Shown here one piece after another: positions 18,559-37,737 of a DNA stretch of 64,000 nucleotides. The position numbers and the translations under genes are program-made. The DNA comes from Eledone cirrhosa. Its lineage: Eukaryota. The stretch is taken from assembly GCA_964016885.1 (NCBI GenBank), contig OZ024741.1, positions 341,000,001-341,064,000 on the forward strand. Reading direction: 5' to 3'. How positions within the stretch are numbered: the stretch's first letter is position 1; each line of letters starts with the position of its first letter. Under the pieces are notes generated by a model that was not told where the DNA came from, did not search any database, and saw only the letters and a program-made list of their open reading frames with translations.

Positions 18559-18932
18559 CGCGGAAATCACACTACTAAGAAATAGAAATATTTATTGTCA
18601 TGGGAAAGAAAGAAAAAACAACAGCATTTAAGAAATGTCGAGGTTATTTCGTCCTAATAAATGGGACTCGGCATGCTTGACATTTCTTAAATAGCATATG
18701 GTAGGTACTGTGTCACAAGTGTTCTTACAGTATGATAGGGGTCCTTTGAGAGAAAGTATGTTTCACACATTCCCAAACAGCCACTTGAGGTGGTGGTAAG
18801 GGGCAGGTTTGCCTTGGCATATGGCCAGGCAACGAATGGTGGAAGTAGTAATTCTGTTATCTCTATTACATGTGTGTGTGGGTGTATTATATGCATATAT
18901 ACATACATATATATATATATACATATATATAT

Positions 18933-19120
18933 AACGAAGGAATTGTGGTAAGGAACCAGATGGACGATAACGCACCAGAGTACTCAATACTTAGGGTAGT
19001 AGAGTGGGTAATAGGAAAAAGTATGACCCCGACGGCAGAGCTCAAGCCGTCTCGACGGCTATTTCAGTCCAGAAATAGCCGTCGAAACGGCTTGAGCTCT
19101 GCCGTCGGGGTCATACTTTT
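18933..19120 (-). mobile_element. HHR-family C element, medium copy with ~110 bp hairpin
   Basis: Same terminus as 44525; palindrome aagtatgaccccgacggcagagctcaagccg...cggcttgagctctgccgtcggggtcatactt. Confidence 0.8.
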
Positions 19121-19124
19121 TCAT

Positions 19125-21616
<2,492 letters not shown>

Positions 21617-23236
21617 CATCATCATCATCATCACCGTTTTACGTCCGTTCTTCCACGCTAGCATGGGTTAGACGGGTTGTCCTGTTGTGGGCAGTGTCTG
21701 GTCGGCTGACCATGCCTTGCTCATACAGGAACTGATCTGGCTTGATTTCTACAGCTGGATGCCCTTCCTAACACCAACCTCATTTACAGTGAGTGCTGGG
21801 TGCTTTTTCGTGGCGCCTACACGTCCACTTTACAGTGTGGGCTGGGTGCTTTTTTGCCGTGGCACCTCCACGGCCACCTTGCGGTGGGGGGGGGGCATAT
21901 TGTCTATATGCTTCAGCATGTACCCATGGGAGGTCGGGTACCCTGTATTACTGCGTGACGCCAGAAGTCACGGTCGTGTGTCATTGACTTTGAGAGGTGT
22001 AGTTGGGTAAGGTCGGCTTTTATCACCTCATCCCAAGTCATCTTGGGTCTCCCCACTCCGCGGTTTCCATCAACTTCTAGTGCTCTGCACCTTTTTATGC
22101 AGCTGTCATCCTTCATACGCATCACATGTCCATACCAGCGTAACCGCCTCTCCTGCACGCAGCATTTGATTCCTCTTATGCTCAGTCTCTCTCTCAATTC
22201 CTTTATGCTTTGTCGTTCACGTATATTACTGTTACACATCCATCGGAGCATGCAGGCTTCGTTTCTCTCTAATCTACGTAAGTCTTCCACCTTCAGCGCC
22301 CAGGTCTCACTACCATGCAACATCGCTGTTCGGATACACGCATCATACAGTCTGCCTTTCATTCTGAGGGAGAAGCCTTTTGCAGCTAGCAGTGGTAGTA
22401 GTTCCCTAAACTTCTTCCATCCCGTTCTTACCCTAGTTATTGTACTTTCTGAGCACCCACCTCCGTTGCTAATTCGGTCACCTAGGTAGCAGAAGCTGTC
22501 TACTGTTTCTACAGGGCCCTCCCAGAGATTGGTGGTACTTGTTTCCTGTGGCTGTTTGCTTGCTGTTTCAGCACAGCTGCTGCATGTGAATCCTACATTC
22601 TTAATTAAGCTTCCTGAGATCCCGCTACATCTCTTGTGTACCCATTGTTTGCATTTGGGGCAGAGAATGGAGTTCCTACCTACACCTTTCCTACATACTG
22701 AGCAAGGCCATTTCCCTGAGGGGATCTGGGTTCTGTTTTCTCGTCTACTTACAAGGACCTTAGTCTTTGTCATGTTGACTTTGAGGCCCTTTCTCTCTAG
22801 TCCCTGCTTCCAGGTTTGGAATTTATTCTCTAGTTCTACCATAGATTCAGCTATGAGTGCGAGGTCATCAGCATACAGGAGTTCCCATGGGCATCCGGTC
22901 TTAACTCCTCCGTTATTGCCTGCAGGACTATGATGAACAGGAGAGGGCTAAGAACAGAGCCCTGGTGGACCCCAACCTGTACGCTAAATTCCTCGCTATA
23001 CTCATTGCCAATCCTAACTTTGCTGACTGCTCCCCTATACATGGCTTGTACCGCTTTCACAAGCCATGCATCTACTCCTAGTTTTCTAAGAGCCCACCAG
23101 ATTACTGCACGTGGAACTCTGTCAAAGGCTTTCTCAAGGTCGACAAATGCCAAGTAGAGTGGCTTACTTTTAGCTAGGTACTTTTCCTGTAATTGCCTCA
23201 CAAGGAAGAGGGCATCAGTGGTGCCTTTCCCTGTAC
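21617..23236 (-). mobile_element. RTE (BovB-like) LINE, 5'-truncated, one frameshift
   Basis: [40 protein letters not shown], (L)YADDL after the frameshift near 22900, CSVC/CPKC, FCYLG, HGSETW, RLRWYGHV, GRPKMTW; (GAT)n 3' tail. Confidence 0.95.
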
Positions 23237-23238
23237 AA

Positions 23239-23240
<2 letters not shown>

Positions 23241-23291
<51 letters not shown>

Positions 23292-23382
23292 GTATATATA
23301 TATATATGTATATATATACATATATATATATATATATGTATATATATATGTATATATATATATATGTATATATATACATATG

Positions 23383-23437
<55 letters not shown>

Positions 23438-23438
23438 G

Positions 23439-23515
<77 letters not shown>

Positions 23516-23596
23516 GTATATATATACATATATGTATATATATATATGTATATATATATATATGTATATATATATATGTATATATATATATGTATG

Positions 23597-23647
<51 letters not shown>

Positions 23648-23660
23648 GTATATATATATG

Positions 23661-23713
<53 letters not shown>

Positions 23714-23724
23714 GTATATATATG

Positions 23725-23812
<88 letters not shown>
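23241..23812. repeat. (TA)n/TATG array
   Basis: Direct reading. Confidence 0.95.
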
Positions 23813-23815
<3 letters not shown>

Positions 23816-24353
23816 TTGTTTCTATTACTTCTGTATTGTATTTATTTACTTTGTTTCTATTACTTCTGTATTGTATTTATTTACTTTGTTCTTAACTCCG
23901 TAGCGGAGATTCATTTGGTCTCCTAGTTAGTATTTTAGTCTACGACTTCTGCTATACCATTTACGTGGTTTTGTCTTTGCGTGCTATTGTTCTCTAAGCT
24001 CCACATATGACTTATTATCTTCGTTTTTTCGTTCATTTCCAGAGAACGTCTCTATGCACCACCTAAGAGAACATTAGTTTACGACCTCTTTTATACTATA
24101 AACGTGGTTCTGTCTTTGCACGTGATTGTTTTCCACCGCTCCTATTAATGATGTATTATTCGGTTTTCCCGTTCTTTGCCAGCGAACGTTTCCACGAACC
24201 AAAGTATCGTCTTCCTGTCTTCCTCCGGTTGCAACGTTTTTTTTTGAAATATCCAGTTCTGCGTTTACAGATTGACTTTGTTAGTTTCAGAAGATCCCGT
24301 TAAGGGTGAAAGCAGCGATTCTTTGCTTAAACGTTAATCTGTTATTTTAATAA

Positions 24354-24417
24354 ATATATGTATATATATATATGTATATATATATATGTATATATATATG
24401 TATATATATATATATAT

Positions 24418-24472
<55 letters not shown>

Positions 24473-24486
24473 TATATATATATATA

Positions 24487-24531
<45 letters not shown>

Positions 24532-24567
24532 GTATATATATGTATATATATATATATATGTATATAT

Positions 24568-24601
<34 letters not shown>

Positions 24602-24614
24602 ATGTATATATATG

Positions 24615-24675
<61 letters not shown>

Positions 24676-24744
24676 GAATATATATATGTATATATATATA
24701 TGTATATATATATATGTATATATATATATATCTATATATGTATA

Positions 24745-24817
<73 letters not shown>

Positions 24818-24834
24818 GTATATATATATGTATG

Positions 24835-24873
<39 letters not shown>

Positions 24874-24913
24874 GTATATATATGTATATGTATATATATA
24901 TATATGTATATGT

Positions 24914-24963
<50 letters not shown>

Positions 24964-25003
24964 GTATATATATGTATATGTATATATATATATATGTATA
25001 TGT

Positions 25004-25092
<89 letters not shown>

Positions 25093-25104
25093 TGTATATA
25101 TATG

Positions 25105-25151
<47 letters not shown>

Positions 25152-25152
25152 G

Positions 25153-25228
<76 letters not shown>

Positions 25229-25325
25229 TGTATATATATGTATATGTATATATATGTATATATATATATATGTATATATATGTATATATGTATATATATA
25301 TGTATATATGTATATATATATGTAT

Positions 25326-25389
<64 letters not shown>

Positions 25390-25402
25390 GTATATATATA
25401 TG

Positions 25403-25449
<47 letters not shown>

Positions 25450-25490
25450 ATATGTATATATATATATGTGTATATATATATGTATATATG

Positions 25491-25587
<97 letters not shown>

Positions 25588-25598
25588 GTATACATGTA

Positions 25599-25641
<43 letters not shown>

Positions 25642-25702
25642 ATATATATGTATATATGTATATATATATGTATATATATATATGTATATATATATGTATA
25701 TA

Positions 25703-25747
<45 letters not shown>

Positions 25748-25766
25748 GTATATATATATGTATATA

Positions 25767-25815
<49 letters not shown>

Positions 25816-25888
25816 GTATATATATATGTATATATATATGTATGTATATATATATGTATATATATATATATGTATGTATATATATATG

Positions 25889-25985
<97 letters not shown>

Positions 25986-26000
25986 GTATATATGTATATA

Positions 26001-26071
<71 letters not shown>

Positions 26072-26210
26072 GTATATGTATATATATATATAGATATAGA
26101 TATATATATGTTTGTCTATATAGATATAGATATATGTTTGTGTATATATATGTATATATATATATATATATGTTTGTGTATATATATGTATATATATATA
26201 TATGTTTGTG

Positions 26211-26244
<34 letters not shown>

Positions 26245-26278
26245 TGTTTGTGTATATATATATATATATATATATAAA

Positions 26279-26321
<43 letters not shown>

Positions 26322-26341
26322 GTATATATATATAGATATAG

Positions 26342-26372
<31 letters not shown>

Positions 26373-26380
26373 TGTTTGTG

Positions 26381-26412
<32 letters not shown>

Positions 26413-26434
26413 TATGTATGTGTATATATATATA
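24354..26434. repeat. (TA)n/TATG array
   Basis: Direct reading. Confidence 0.97.
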
Positions 26435-26593
26435 TTGTTATACTTTGGGAGGGTCAAGTTGCCAATAAGAAACACACGCACCAGTTGCTTTCACTTCAAT
26501 TTATTATAATATATTTATAAACTTAGGAATTTATAAATTTATAAATTTCTGGTTGGTTGGTTGGTTCCACAACCAGATAGTTGTTTATATATT

Positions 26594-26636
26594 GTCAAAG
26601 TTCTTTCGTCACACATTCTGTGACCTCTTCAGTGAC
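26594..26636 (-). ncRNA. Minimal type I hammerhead (family D), intact core
   Basis: GUCA-CUGAAGA-g-GUCACA gaaug UGUGAC-GAAA-GAAC-UU^-UGAC. Confidence 0.7.
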
Positions 26637-26834
26637 TGGGGATTCTTTTCTTGGTTTTTGTGCCTCTCCTGTGTTCTGTCCTACGCCGTTTTGTTTATAT
26701 ATACAGAAACAAAATGGCGTAGGACAGAACAAAGGAGAGGCACATGACCCTCGCAAAGTATAACAATATCGGTTTCAACACACGATTTCAGATAAAGAAT
26801 CTTGCTAAACAAATTCATTAGAATCTTGCTAAAC

Positions 26835-27479
<645 letters not shown>

Positions 27480-27480
27480 C

Positions 27481-27534
27481 TGTTAGAACACGAAAAGTGT
27501 GAAACACAGAATGTTCACTTTTCGTGTTCTAACA
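27481..27534. repeat. 19 bp-stem hairpin at the array boundary
   Basis: tgttagaacacgaaaagtg ... cacttttcgtgttctaaca. Confidence 0.8.
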
Positions 27535-28666
27535 TATATGCCTAGCTTCTTTAAAAATTTTTCGGGGATAGCCGTGGTGGTGATCGTATGTCATTGGCTA
27601 ATTTTCAACCAATCAGAGTACCTCTCTCTATATCTCTTCCACTGTTACTTACGCCTGTTTCTCTCTATCTGTTCCGTCTCTATTTATATCTCTTACTCTT
27701 TCGCTTTGCACTCCTCCCCTTCAATACCATCTCTCCCCCTCTCTATATATTTGTTACTCTATCGCTGCACGCTCCTCTCCTTCAATATATCAATTACACA
27801 CGCTTTACACTCCTTTATCCCCAGCGCCCCTATATATACACCCCCTCTCCCGCATCTATATTTTAATGTACCGTTGCACCGTGAATACATGTGTCTATAT
27901 ATATATATACATATATATTGTATATACACATTCATGTATGTGTATACACACTCATGTATGTATATACACTGGTTTTATGTGTGTATTGTAAATTTGTACT
28001 GTTAAAACACGAAACTAACATTCGATTGACACTTTGATTACCTGTACAGGCAATAGTTATTAGAATGCTGTTGAAGTGTGTATATATTTTTGGGGGACAT
28101 CCTGTATATACACACATTATATATAATACAATAAACAGATAAATACACACATATATATATGAGCTTATTTAATTATAAATATTGTGAATTTTTAACTCAG
28201 TTCAATTATATATATAAATGGCTTCTACAGGACTAGAACTGTTTCATTCGAAAGAAATCATCATAATATTGAGAGGGGGGACTAGATAAAATATTTCAAA
28301 TCAAATGTGTATAAGTTATAAGTTAAAATGTATAAATAGAGACGATAGTGGAGGTATATCTGTTTAGTGGAACAGTAGACGATAGAATTAAATACAGACG
28401 ATAATCTCCCTTTAATGAAACAGCAGACGATAGAATTAAGGCAATTTAAATTTTAAGCATTTGCATTTTTGCCTTTCATCGTTACGGGGTCGATAAAATA
28501 AAGTACCAGTAATACACTGTCACTAGACGACTTTCAAATTGAATTGTTGGTTCCATTTCTTTAGTATTTTCAATTGTAGTTATCTACTTAAAAAGCGTTA
28601 CACGGTTAGAGACATAATTCGTAAGTTATATCTTCCCTATTAAACCATTGCATTATTTCGCCTACA

Positions 28667-28852
28667 GGGCGGTGAATTGGCAGTATCGGTAGAGGGTTGG
28701 ACGCCATGCTTTCTAGCATAGTTACGTCCCTTTACAGTCTGAGTTCAAATCCCGCCGAGGTTAACTTTGCCTTTCATCCTTACGGGGTCGATAAAATAAA
28801 GTACCAGTAATGTACTGGGTAATTTGCTGGCCTTGTGCCTAAAGTAGAAACA
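28667..28852 (+). mobile_element. Full-length SINE family A with 15 bp TSD
   Basis: TSD attatttcgcctaca at 28652-28666 and 28853-28867; A-box tggcagtatcggt, B-box gagttcaaatcc. Confidence 0.93.
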
Positions 28853-29075
28853 ATTATTTCGCCTACAATAGAACAAAAATGAAATGTTCTTTAAAGAAAC
28901 AGGAATATAACTTTATAAAAAAAAAGTTGCATCCGCTTCTTTTATCATTGATAATTTTTTCGTTTTAATATTAATTGTTTTTTGCAGTTGTTTATATTAA
29001 AAATCTTACTGTAATATTTACTTAAACGAAGGCAAACATCTAAACTTATAGATTAATCTTGAGCGAAGGACTAGA

Positions 29076-29186
<111 letters not shown>

Positions 29187-29577
29187 GAAGAATGATAAAA
29201 TTTCAAGCAAAGAGTTTAATTAGGTATATTTTGTAATATTATTAACTAATTATTATAATTAACGCGCATATTTTGCTATCCTCAAACACGTTTACACATG
29301 GCATGAAATATAACTAATCCGAGATGGCTAGGTTTCATCTTCTAACTGGATAAACGAAATCCATTATGTCTTGACAACAACATGAGGTAACATTATGTTA
29401 TTCACAGACACACTTTGTACACTGTTCCATATCAGAATGTATTTCCTTCGTCACATTCACAAACAGTATTGAAAATATGTTCTTCGGCAAATAAAAATGT
29501 TTTGTTCATAATATTTCAACTAGCGATTGCTCTACTTCACGCACGACCACCATAAATTAATGACCAGCTCAACACAA

Positions 29578-29750
29578 GTATTGGTAGAGCGTCAGACACC
29601 ATGCTTTGCAGTATTGTTATGGTCCTTTGCATTCTAAGTTCAAATCCTGCCGAGGTTAACTTCGACTTTCATACTTACTAATTCGATAAAATAAAGTACC
29701 AGTAATGGACTGCCGTAATGGATTTGTGCCGAAAAATAGAAACACTATTA
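29578..29750 (+). mobile_element. Degenerate SINE family A
   Basis: aagttcaaatcctgccgaggttaacttcg...cgataaaataaagtaccag. Confidence 0.8.
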
Positions 29751-30300
29751 ATGTGCAATAAGAGCAAAATATAACGACATTGCTCAATTATTTTATCTAA
29801 TGTTGTAATAACACAAGGAAATGTTGTTTGTGTATTTTTTTTTATATTTGCTCATAGGCTTTTACAATTTCGCTCAGCCAACAACTATTAAAAAGTGAGT
29901 TGCTTAAGATAACAATTTAATCACAAATTGTTGCTATCTTTTAATACACTCCAACAAGTCATCAAATTATGTACAATAAAAACAAATCTTATTAATTTGC
30001 TCAGGGAATATAAAGAAAATGTATATACACTGATAATTGCAAATGTATGTAAATATTTTGTTTTTGTATTGTATATTTTATGTTTTCTATTATGTATAAT
30101 ATATTGATTTAATATTGATTGTTTTTTGTAGTTGTTTATATTAAAAGTCTGAAAATATTTTTATACATCTTACACTAATATTTATAAGATAATTTATAAT
30201 AACAATTACATAATCTAATTACATTACAACGATAATTTATTATTAATATATATCCTGTTTAACTAGAGTTATTACAAGCGTTGCCTTAAAAAAATATTAA

Positions 30301-31257
30301 ACTAGACATGAAAAATGCGCAAGCTCAAAAGTGCCACAGAATGTTATAATAAACCTTCAAAAGTGTGGGACTAGAGTTGTTGCTAAAAAATATTGTAATC
30401 ATTATATATCGTACATTCTGTGGCATCCTTTATAAAAATAGCTTAAACCAACGAAGCCTTTATTTTTACGCTATTTCACTTAGTTAATTCTTAGAGTGTA
30501 ACATATAAAAATAAATACATCTATGTTTAATGTAATAACAGCTATAAATAATTACGTAATATTATTATCATATACTCATAGTAACAAAATAATTGTGTTG
30601 AAACTTAATATGATGCTTATATGAACGATCAAATCTATAATGATAATTTCTTAAATATACTAATAGTAAAATAATTTAGTTATCTATTGTTACATTTTCA
30701 TAGAACTATAATATTAACAATCGTATTGCATTATCAAATTTTTATCACTACAAACTTTCATATTGGAATTACCTTAAGCCACTTATTATTACTTCGCTTT
30801 CGTACTTTTACAGCTGTAGATATTGCGCTGTATCTTATATCTAATATCAATATCTCGTGGTAATTTGCATGAAGTGTAAAATAGGTTTATTAATAACTTT
30901 AATATGAAATGTATTATACAGGGCTGCGGAGTCGGTCAAAAATTGACTGGCTCCAACTCAGGATCCGATACTCCATTATTTCCTAAATTTCAGCTCCGCA
31001 GCTCTGTTATTATATTAATTAATTTATTTTATAGTTGTAAATCATATTTTTATATGTTACACTCTAAGAATTAACTAAGTGAAATAGCGTAAAAATAAAG
31101 GCTTCGTTGGTTTAAGCTATTTTTATAAAGGATGCCACAGAATGTACGATATATAATGATTACAATATTTTTTAGCAACAACTCTAGTCCCACACTTTTG
31201 AAGGTTTATTATAACATTCTGTGGCACTTTTGAGCTTGCGCATTTTTCATGTCTAGT
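30301..31257. mobile_element. Element with 213 bp, apparently identical, terminal inverted repeats
   Basis: 30301-30513 is the reverse complement of 31045-31257; ends ACTAG...CTAGT. Confidence 0.85.
30919..31006. mobile_element. hAT-like MITE nested in the 213 bp-TIR element
   Basis: TIR cagggctgcggag / ctccgcagctctg; 8 bp TSD gtattata / ttattata. Confidence 0.65.
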
Positions 31258-31278
31258 ATATATATGTATGTATATATG

Positions 31279-31493
<215 letters not shown>

Positions 31494-32088
31494 AATGAAT
31501 AATAACAATATTAAAATCCAAAAATAAACTACTTAATGATAGAATTGAACGATCATTATACTGCAACCACAAACTAAAAGATAAATTCTCTCACTATAAA
31601 ATAACTTAACATTCGAATCTGTAACTATAACATCGCTTTCTAGCTAACCACCTTCTCTTCCCCCACACTACAAGACAATACAGTGCTTATCACTATAAAT
31701 GGTAACCCAGTGCTATTCATAGATTACACTACAAACCCAAAGTTCACTCACAACGTAAACTTCGTCTGTCCCCTCTCTACATCCATTACACTCTCTCTCT
31801 CTCTCGCCTTTGGCCTACCTCCCACTCCACATCTATGAACTTGCCCTCTGGGACAATAAATAATTCCGACCTTAACTATCAACACATCTCTCCAAAAGTA
31901 ACCAGTATAATAAAACCCCTACCATAACATTTTGATTAAGTTATCTACAAACCACTCTCTCCTACTTCTCCAACCCCTGCATATCTTTCTCTCTCTCTCC
32001 CTCTCCCCTACTTTTCTCTCTTCCTTTTCTACTCTATCTTCCCCAACAACCCCAATTAAGGGTATTTACATTGTACATTTTACCATTC

Positions 32089-32200
32089 TGCTCTGAGGAT
32101 ACAGTGGTCACAGCATTGGACATTTAAGTTCTGCAAATACTTGTAAATTTGCACATAGCATAACTAGGCTGTAGTACCACCGTGGAAACATTTGTAAGCA
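32089..32200 (+). ncRNA. Type I hammerhead (PLE pLTR) with long stem II insertion
   Basis: UGCU-CUGAGGA-UACAGUGGU...ACCACCGUG-GAAA-C auuu G-UA^-AGCA, then AAUAAA; lies in the 31491-32396 island between TA arrays. Confidence 0.75.
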
Positions 32201-32392
32201 CACGGAATAAATTACCTTTTTATGATGTCTACCTGTTATTATTCATTCATTATATACACTCCGGAATACAGAAGGATCAGGCACTAAGTTTCTTCAACAA
32301 TTCTTCCATAACTCGTAGAGTAACCTCTTACCGTACGTCAACCATATCCAGTGTAGTAATTAACCATTACTACATCTTGGATAATCCTATAC

Positions 32393-32481
<89 letters not shown>

Positions 32482-32544
32482 GTATGTATATGTATATATA
32501 TATGCATGTATATGTATATATATATGTATGTATATATATATATG

Positions 32545-32627
<83 letters not shown>

Positions 32628-32690
32628 ATGTATATGTATATATATATATATATGTATGTATATGTATATATATATATATGTATGTATATG

Positions 32691-32729
<39 letters not shown>

Positions 32730-32774
32730 ATGTATATATATATATATATGTATGTATATATATATATATGTATG

Positions 32775-32817
<43 letters not shown>

Positions 32818-32926
32818 ATATATATGTATGTATGTATGTATATATATATATGTATGTATATGTATATATATATGTATGTATATGTATATATATATATATG
32901 TATGTATATATATATATATATATATA

Positions 32927-34957
32927 AACGTTAGAATATGTGTAATAAGGCCAAGACAATGCAGATATGGACATAGAAAAAAGAATGCAATAGTGAGAGA
33001 TATTGATGAGAATTCGTCTTTCACCTTGAATTTATTTAAATGTCCTTAATTTTCGAGATAATATCTCTTCTTCGGAGGGAAGTAAAAGTCTCAGACCAGC
33101 GTCTTAAATTTCCAATGAAGCCATGCTGACCGGAAATAGTATAGAGTTCTAACTTTAATATCAAAGAATTAAAATTAGGTGGGTAAAGAGTAGTCTCCCT
33201 TTAAGAGGGGTTTGTTTATGTTTTTGTTGTGTTTTTTTAAATTTTATATGCGTGCCTGTATATGTGTGTGGGAGAAAGCATGAAGGTGTAGGTATGTGGG
33301 TGTGTGTGTGTGAGTGTGGGAAGATAGGTCTAATCGTAAAAATGGGGGGTAGGTGTTATCTGGTGTTAGAACTGGTTTTGTGTGTGTATGTGTGAGAGAG
33401 AATAAGTGGAGGTGTGCGCGTGCGTGTGTGTGGGGTGTGTAAAGTGGGGCTAGAGGCCCTATCAGGTTATAAATTGGGTGTTGAGCTCTAGTCTATTATT
33501 GATTGGTGGATGTGTTCTATCTATAATGAGTGCTTCCTTGATTCTAAGATTGCCGAGGTTTCTTTCCTTAGTTTCTATCCTAACTGTTATGTTTTTATCA
33601 GTGTTTTTGCATTTAACTAGGTGTTTCTTAAATGAGGAAGCGTTAGTATTGAGGTGTTCTTTTATTCTTATGTGGAGTGGTCTGGTGGTGCTACCTACGT
33701 AGAAGTTGTTGCATTTGTCACACTCTAGTCTGTAAACTACGTAAGCCTGGTGGCATAGGTCTGTGTCGTTGATGGGGCAGTTGGCTAGTCTGCAGCAGTT
33801 GTCATGTCTGGTGGAGTGTCTCTTAGCTAGCCGTCCACGCAAAGAAGGACCCGAATGGGCCAGTTGAATATCCAGACCTTCTCGTCTGATGGCTGTTGTT
33901 GTTTCTTCACTGAAGTGTGGGAGCTTCAGGAAGCAAGTGTTAGTGCCTCGGGTGTGGTGTCCTCTGTTCTTTCTGGCACGGTTTGTGGTGGATGTCGTGT
34001 ATCCGTTCAGTTTGAGTACTTCCAGGAAATGTGTGGTGTGTGTGTCTCGGTCTCTGGCGTCGGTGCATTTGTTCTTGATACGTGCCAGTTCGTTCTTTAT
34101 GTATCCGAACTTGGCACCGAGTGGGAGGGCCGATCTGAAATGTACGAACAGGTCCCTGCTGGCGGATTTTTTATAGAAGCAGGTGTGGATGTTGCCTTCC
34201 TCTGTTACCCTGAGTTGGAAGTCCAGCAGGGATAGGGATCCGCGGTCATCGGGGTGTTCTATGCTGAACTTTATACTGGCGTCCATGCTGGAGAATGTTG
34301 TGTATATTTTCTCTGCCTCTTCACGGGATGATATAAGGATGAGTATGTCATCTACATATCGGGTGAAGAAGGCATGGGAATGGCACGTGTTGAGGGCTCG
34401 GCATTCTAGCTGGTTCATGTAAGTGATGGCCAGCAGGCCAGAGAGGCTGGATCCCATGGGTAATCCTGTTGTCTGTCGGTATGTGTGGTGGTGGAAGGTG
34501 AAGTACGTGTTGTCTACTGTGAAGGACAAAAGTTGGTGCATGTCCGTCGGGTGGAGGCCGTAGCAGTGGATGTTCTCTGCGACCACGCAGTCCGTCAATA
34601 AATCGACAGCTGGATGAGCGGGGACTGTAGTGTAGAGGTAGACAACGTCGAGGCTAAAAGCGTATTTATTAAGTTTAAGTTGTTCTGGCTAGAGTTGGTG
34701 TAACCTACGTATAACTTCGTCGGAGCTACTGACATGTCCGGGGAAGGTGGAGAGTAGAGGCTTGAGGACCTGGGAGAGAAGCCAGGAAATTTTGTATAGG
34801 GGTCCTTCTATGCTAGAGACGATGGGTCTTATATGCGTCTTAGTGCTATTCTTGTGGGTCTTGATGAGGTGGTAGAAAGTGGGCAGTCTGCTATTTCTAG
34901 TGGTGTAGTTGAGTTTAATTTTATTCGGGAGTTGTCTTCTCCTACAGATATCGAACC
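32927..34957 (-). mobile_element. Penelope-like element (RT + GIY-YIG) with 3' pLTR, 5'-truncated
   Basis: IRPIVS, SLDVVYLYTTVP, QTTGLPMGSSLS, RYVDD, SLLDF, VVYRLECDKC..YVGSTTRPLHIRIKEH, LRIKEALII; in-frame TAG near 34690. Confidence 0.93.
33044..33078 (-). ncRNA. Decayed minimal hammerhead in the pLTR of the minus-strand PLE
   Basis: CCU-CCGAAGA(U4>C)-a-GAGAU auu AUCUC-GAAA-AU-UA^-AGG, followed by AAUAAA. Confidence 0.6.
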
Positions 34958-34959
34958 AA

Positions 34960-36858
<1,899 letters not shown>

Positions 36859-37094
36859 TCTCTTCAACATCACACCAGGACACGTCAAAACAGAAACTGA
36901 CCACACAAAATTCAAGAAGTCTTTGGACAAATTCCTCCAAGTAATCCCGGACAAACCACCCACACCCGGATATGTCTCCGCAAACAGTAATTCTCTTCTC
37001 GAATGGGCCATGGTGCCCAAATCCTGAATTGAAAGACTTCGCCAGGTGGTGCTATTAAGTTAGACATGGCCTGGGCCAATACTGGCCAAAACAT
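36859..37094 (+). mobile_element. CR1-group LINE 3' end
   Basis: LFNITP...[25 protein letters not shown]; 3' hairpin and tandem ttcaaagtta tail. Confidence 0.75.
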
Positions 37095-37201
37095 TTCAAA
37101 GTTATTCAAAGTTATATATATATATGTATGTTATATATATATATGTATATATATATGTATATATATATGTATGTATATATATGTATATATATATATGTAT
37201 G

Positions 37202-37234
<33 letters not shown>

Positions 37235-37329
37235 GTATGTATATATGTATGTATATGTATATATATATATGTATGTATATGTATATATATATGTATGTAT
37301 ATATATATGTAATATATATATATAATAAT

Positions 37330-37470
37330 TGTCACAAGTGTAGTGTTTGTACCAGAGCTTTCAAGTCGCTGGCTGGACTAAAAAGTCACACTCGTTCAGC
37401 GCATCAGTAGGGGTTCTCCTACATGGATATAAAGTAGTGGCCGTACTCGAAAACGAGTTGGCAGCCACCA
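37330..37470 (+). mobile_element. RTE-type LINE 3' end with C-terminal C2H2 finger
   Basis: [23 protein letters not shown]-stop; 3' UTR stem actcg-aaaa-cgagt; flanked by TA arrays. Confidence 0.6.
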
Positions 37471-37639
37471 TGTATATATATATGTATGTATATAATATGT
37501 ATGTATATGTATATATATATGTATGTATATAATATGTATGTATACATATATATGTATGTATATATATATATATATGTATGTATACATATATATGTATGTA
37601 TACATATATATGTATATATATATATATATATATGTATGT

Positions 37640-37680
<41 letters not shown>

Positions 37681-37692
37681 TATGTATGTATG

Positions 37693-37737
<45 letters not shown>

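Noticed and set aside
22043-23157. + strand ORFs over the RTE
   Set aside because: Antisense shadows of the RT ORF.
24285-24330. cagaaga-tccc..ggg-t-gaaa motif shared with 42660-42705 (-)
   Set aside because: Probably a decayed PLE terminus, but the core is broken in both copies and stems I/III could not be built; not called as an HHR.
37330-37410. Host C2H2 zinc-finger gene exon
   Set aside because: A single finger followed by a stop and a LINE-like 3' stem-loop, embedded in TA repeat with no splice acceptor.
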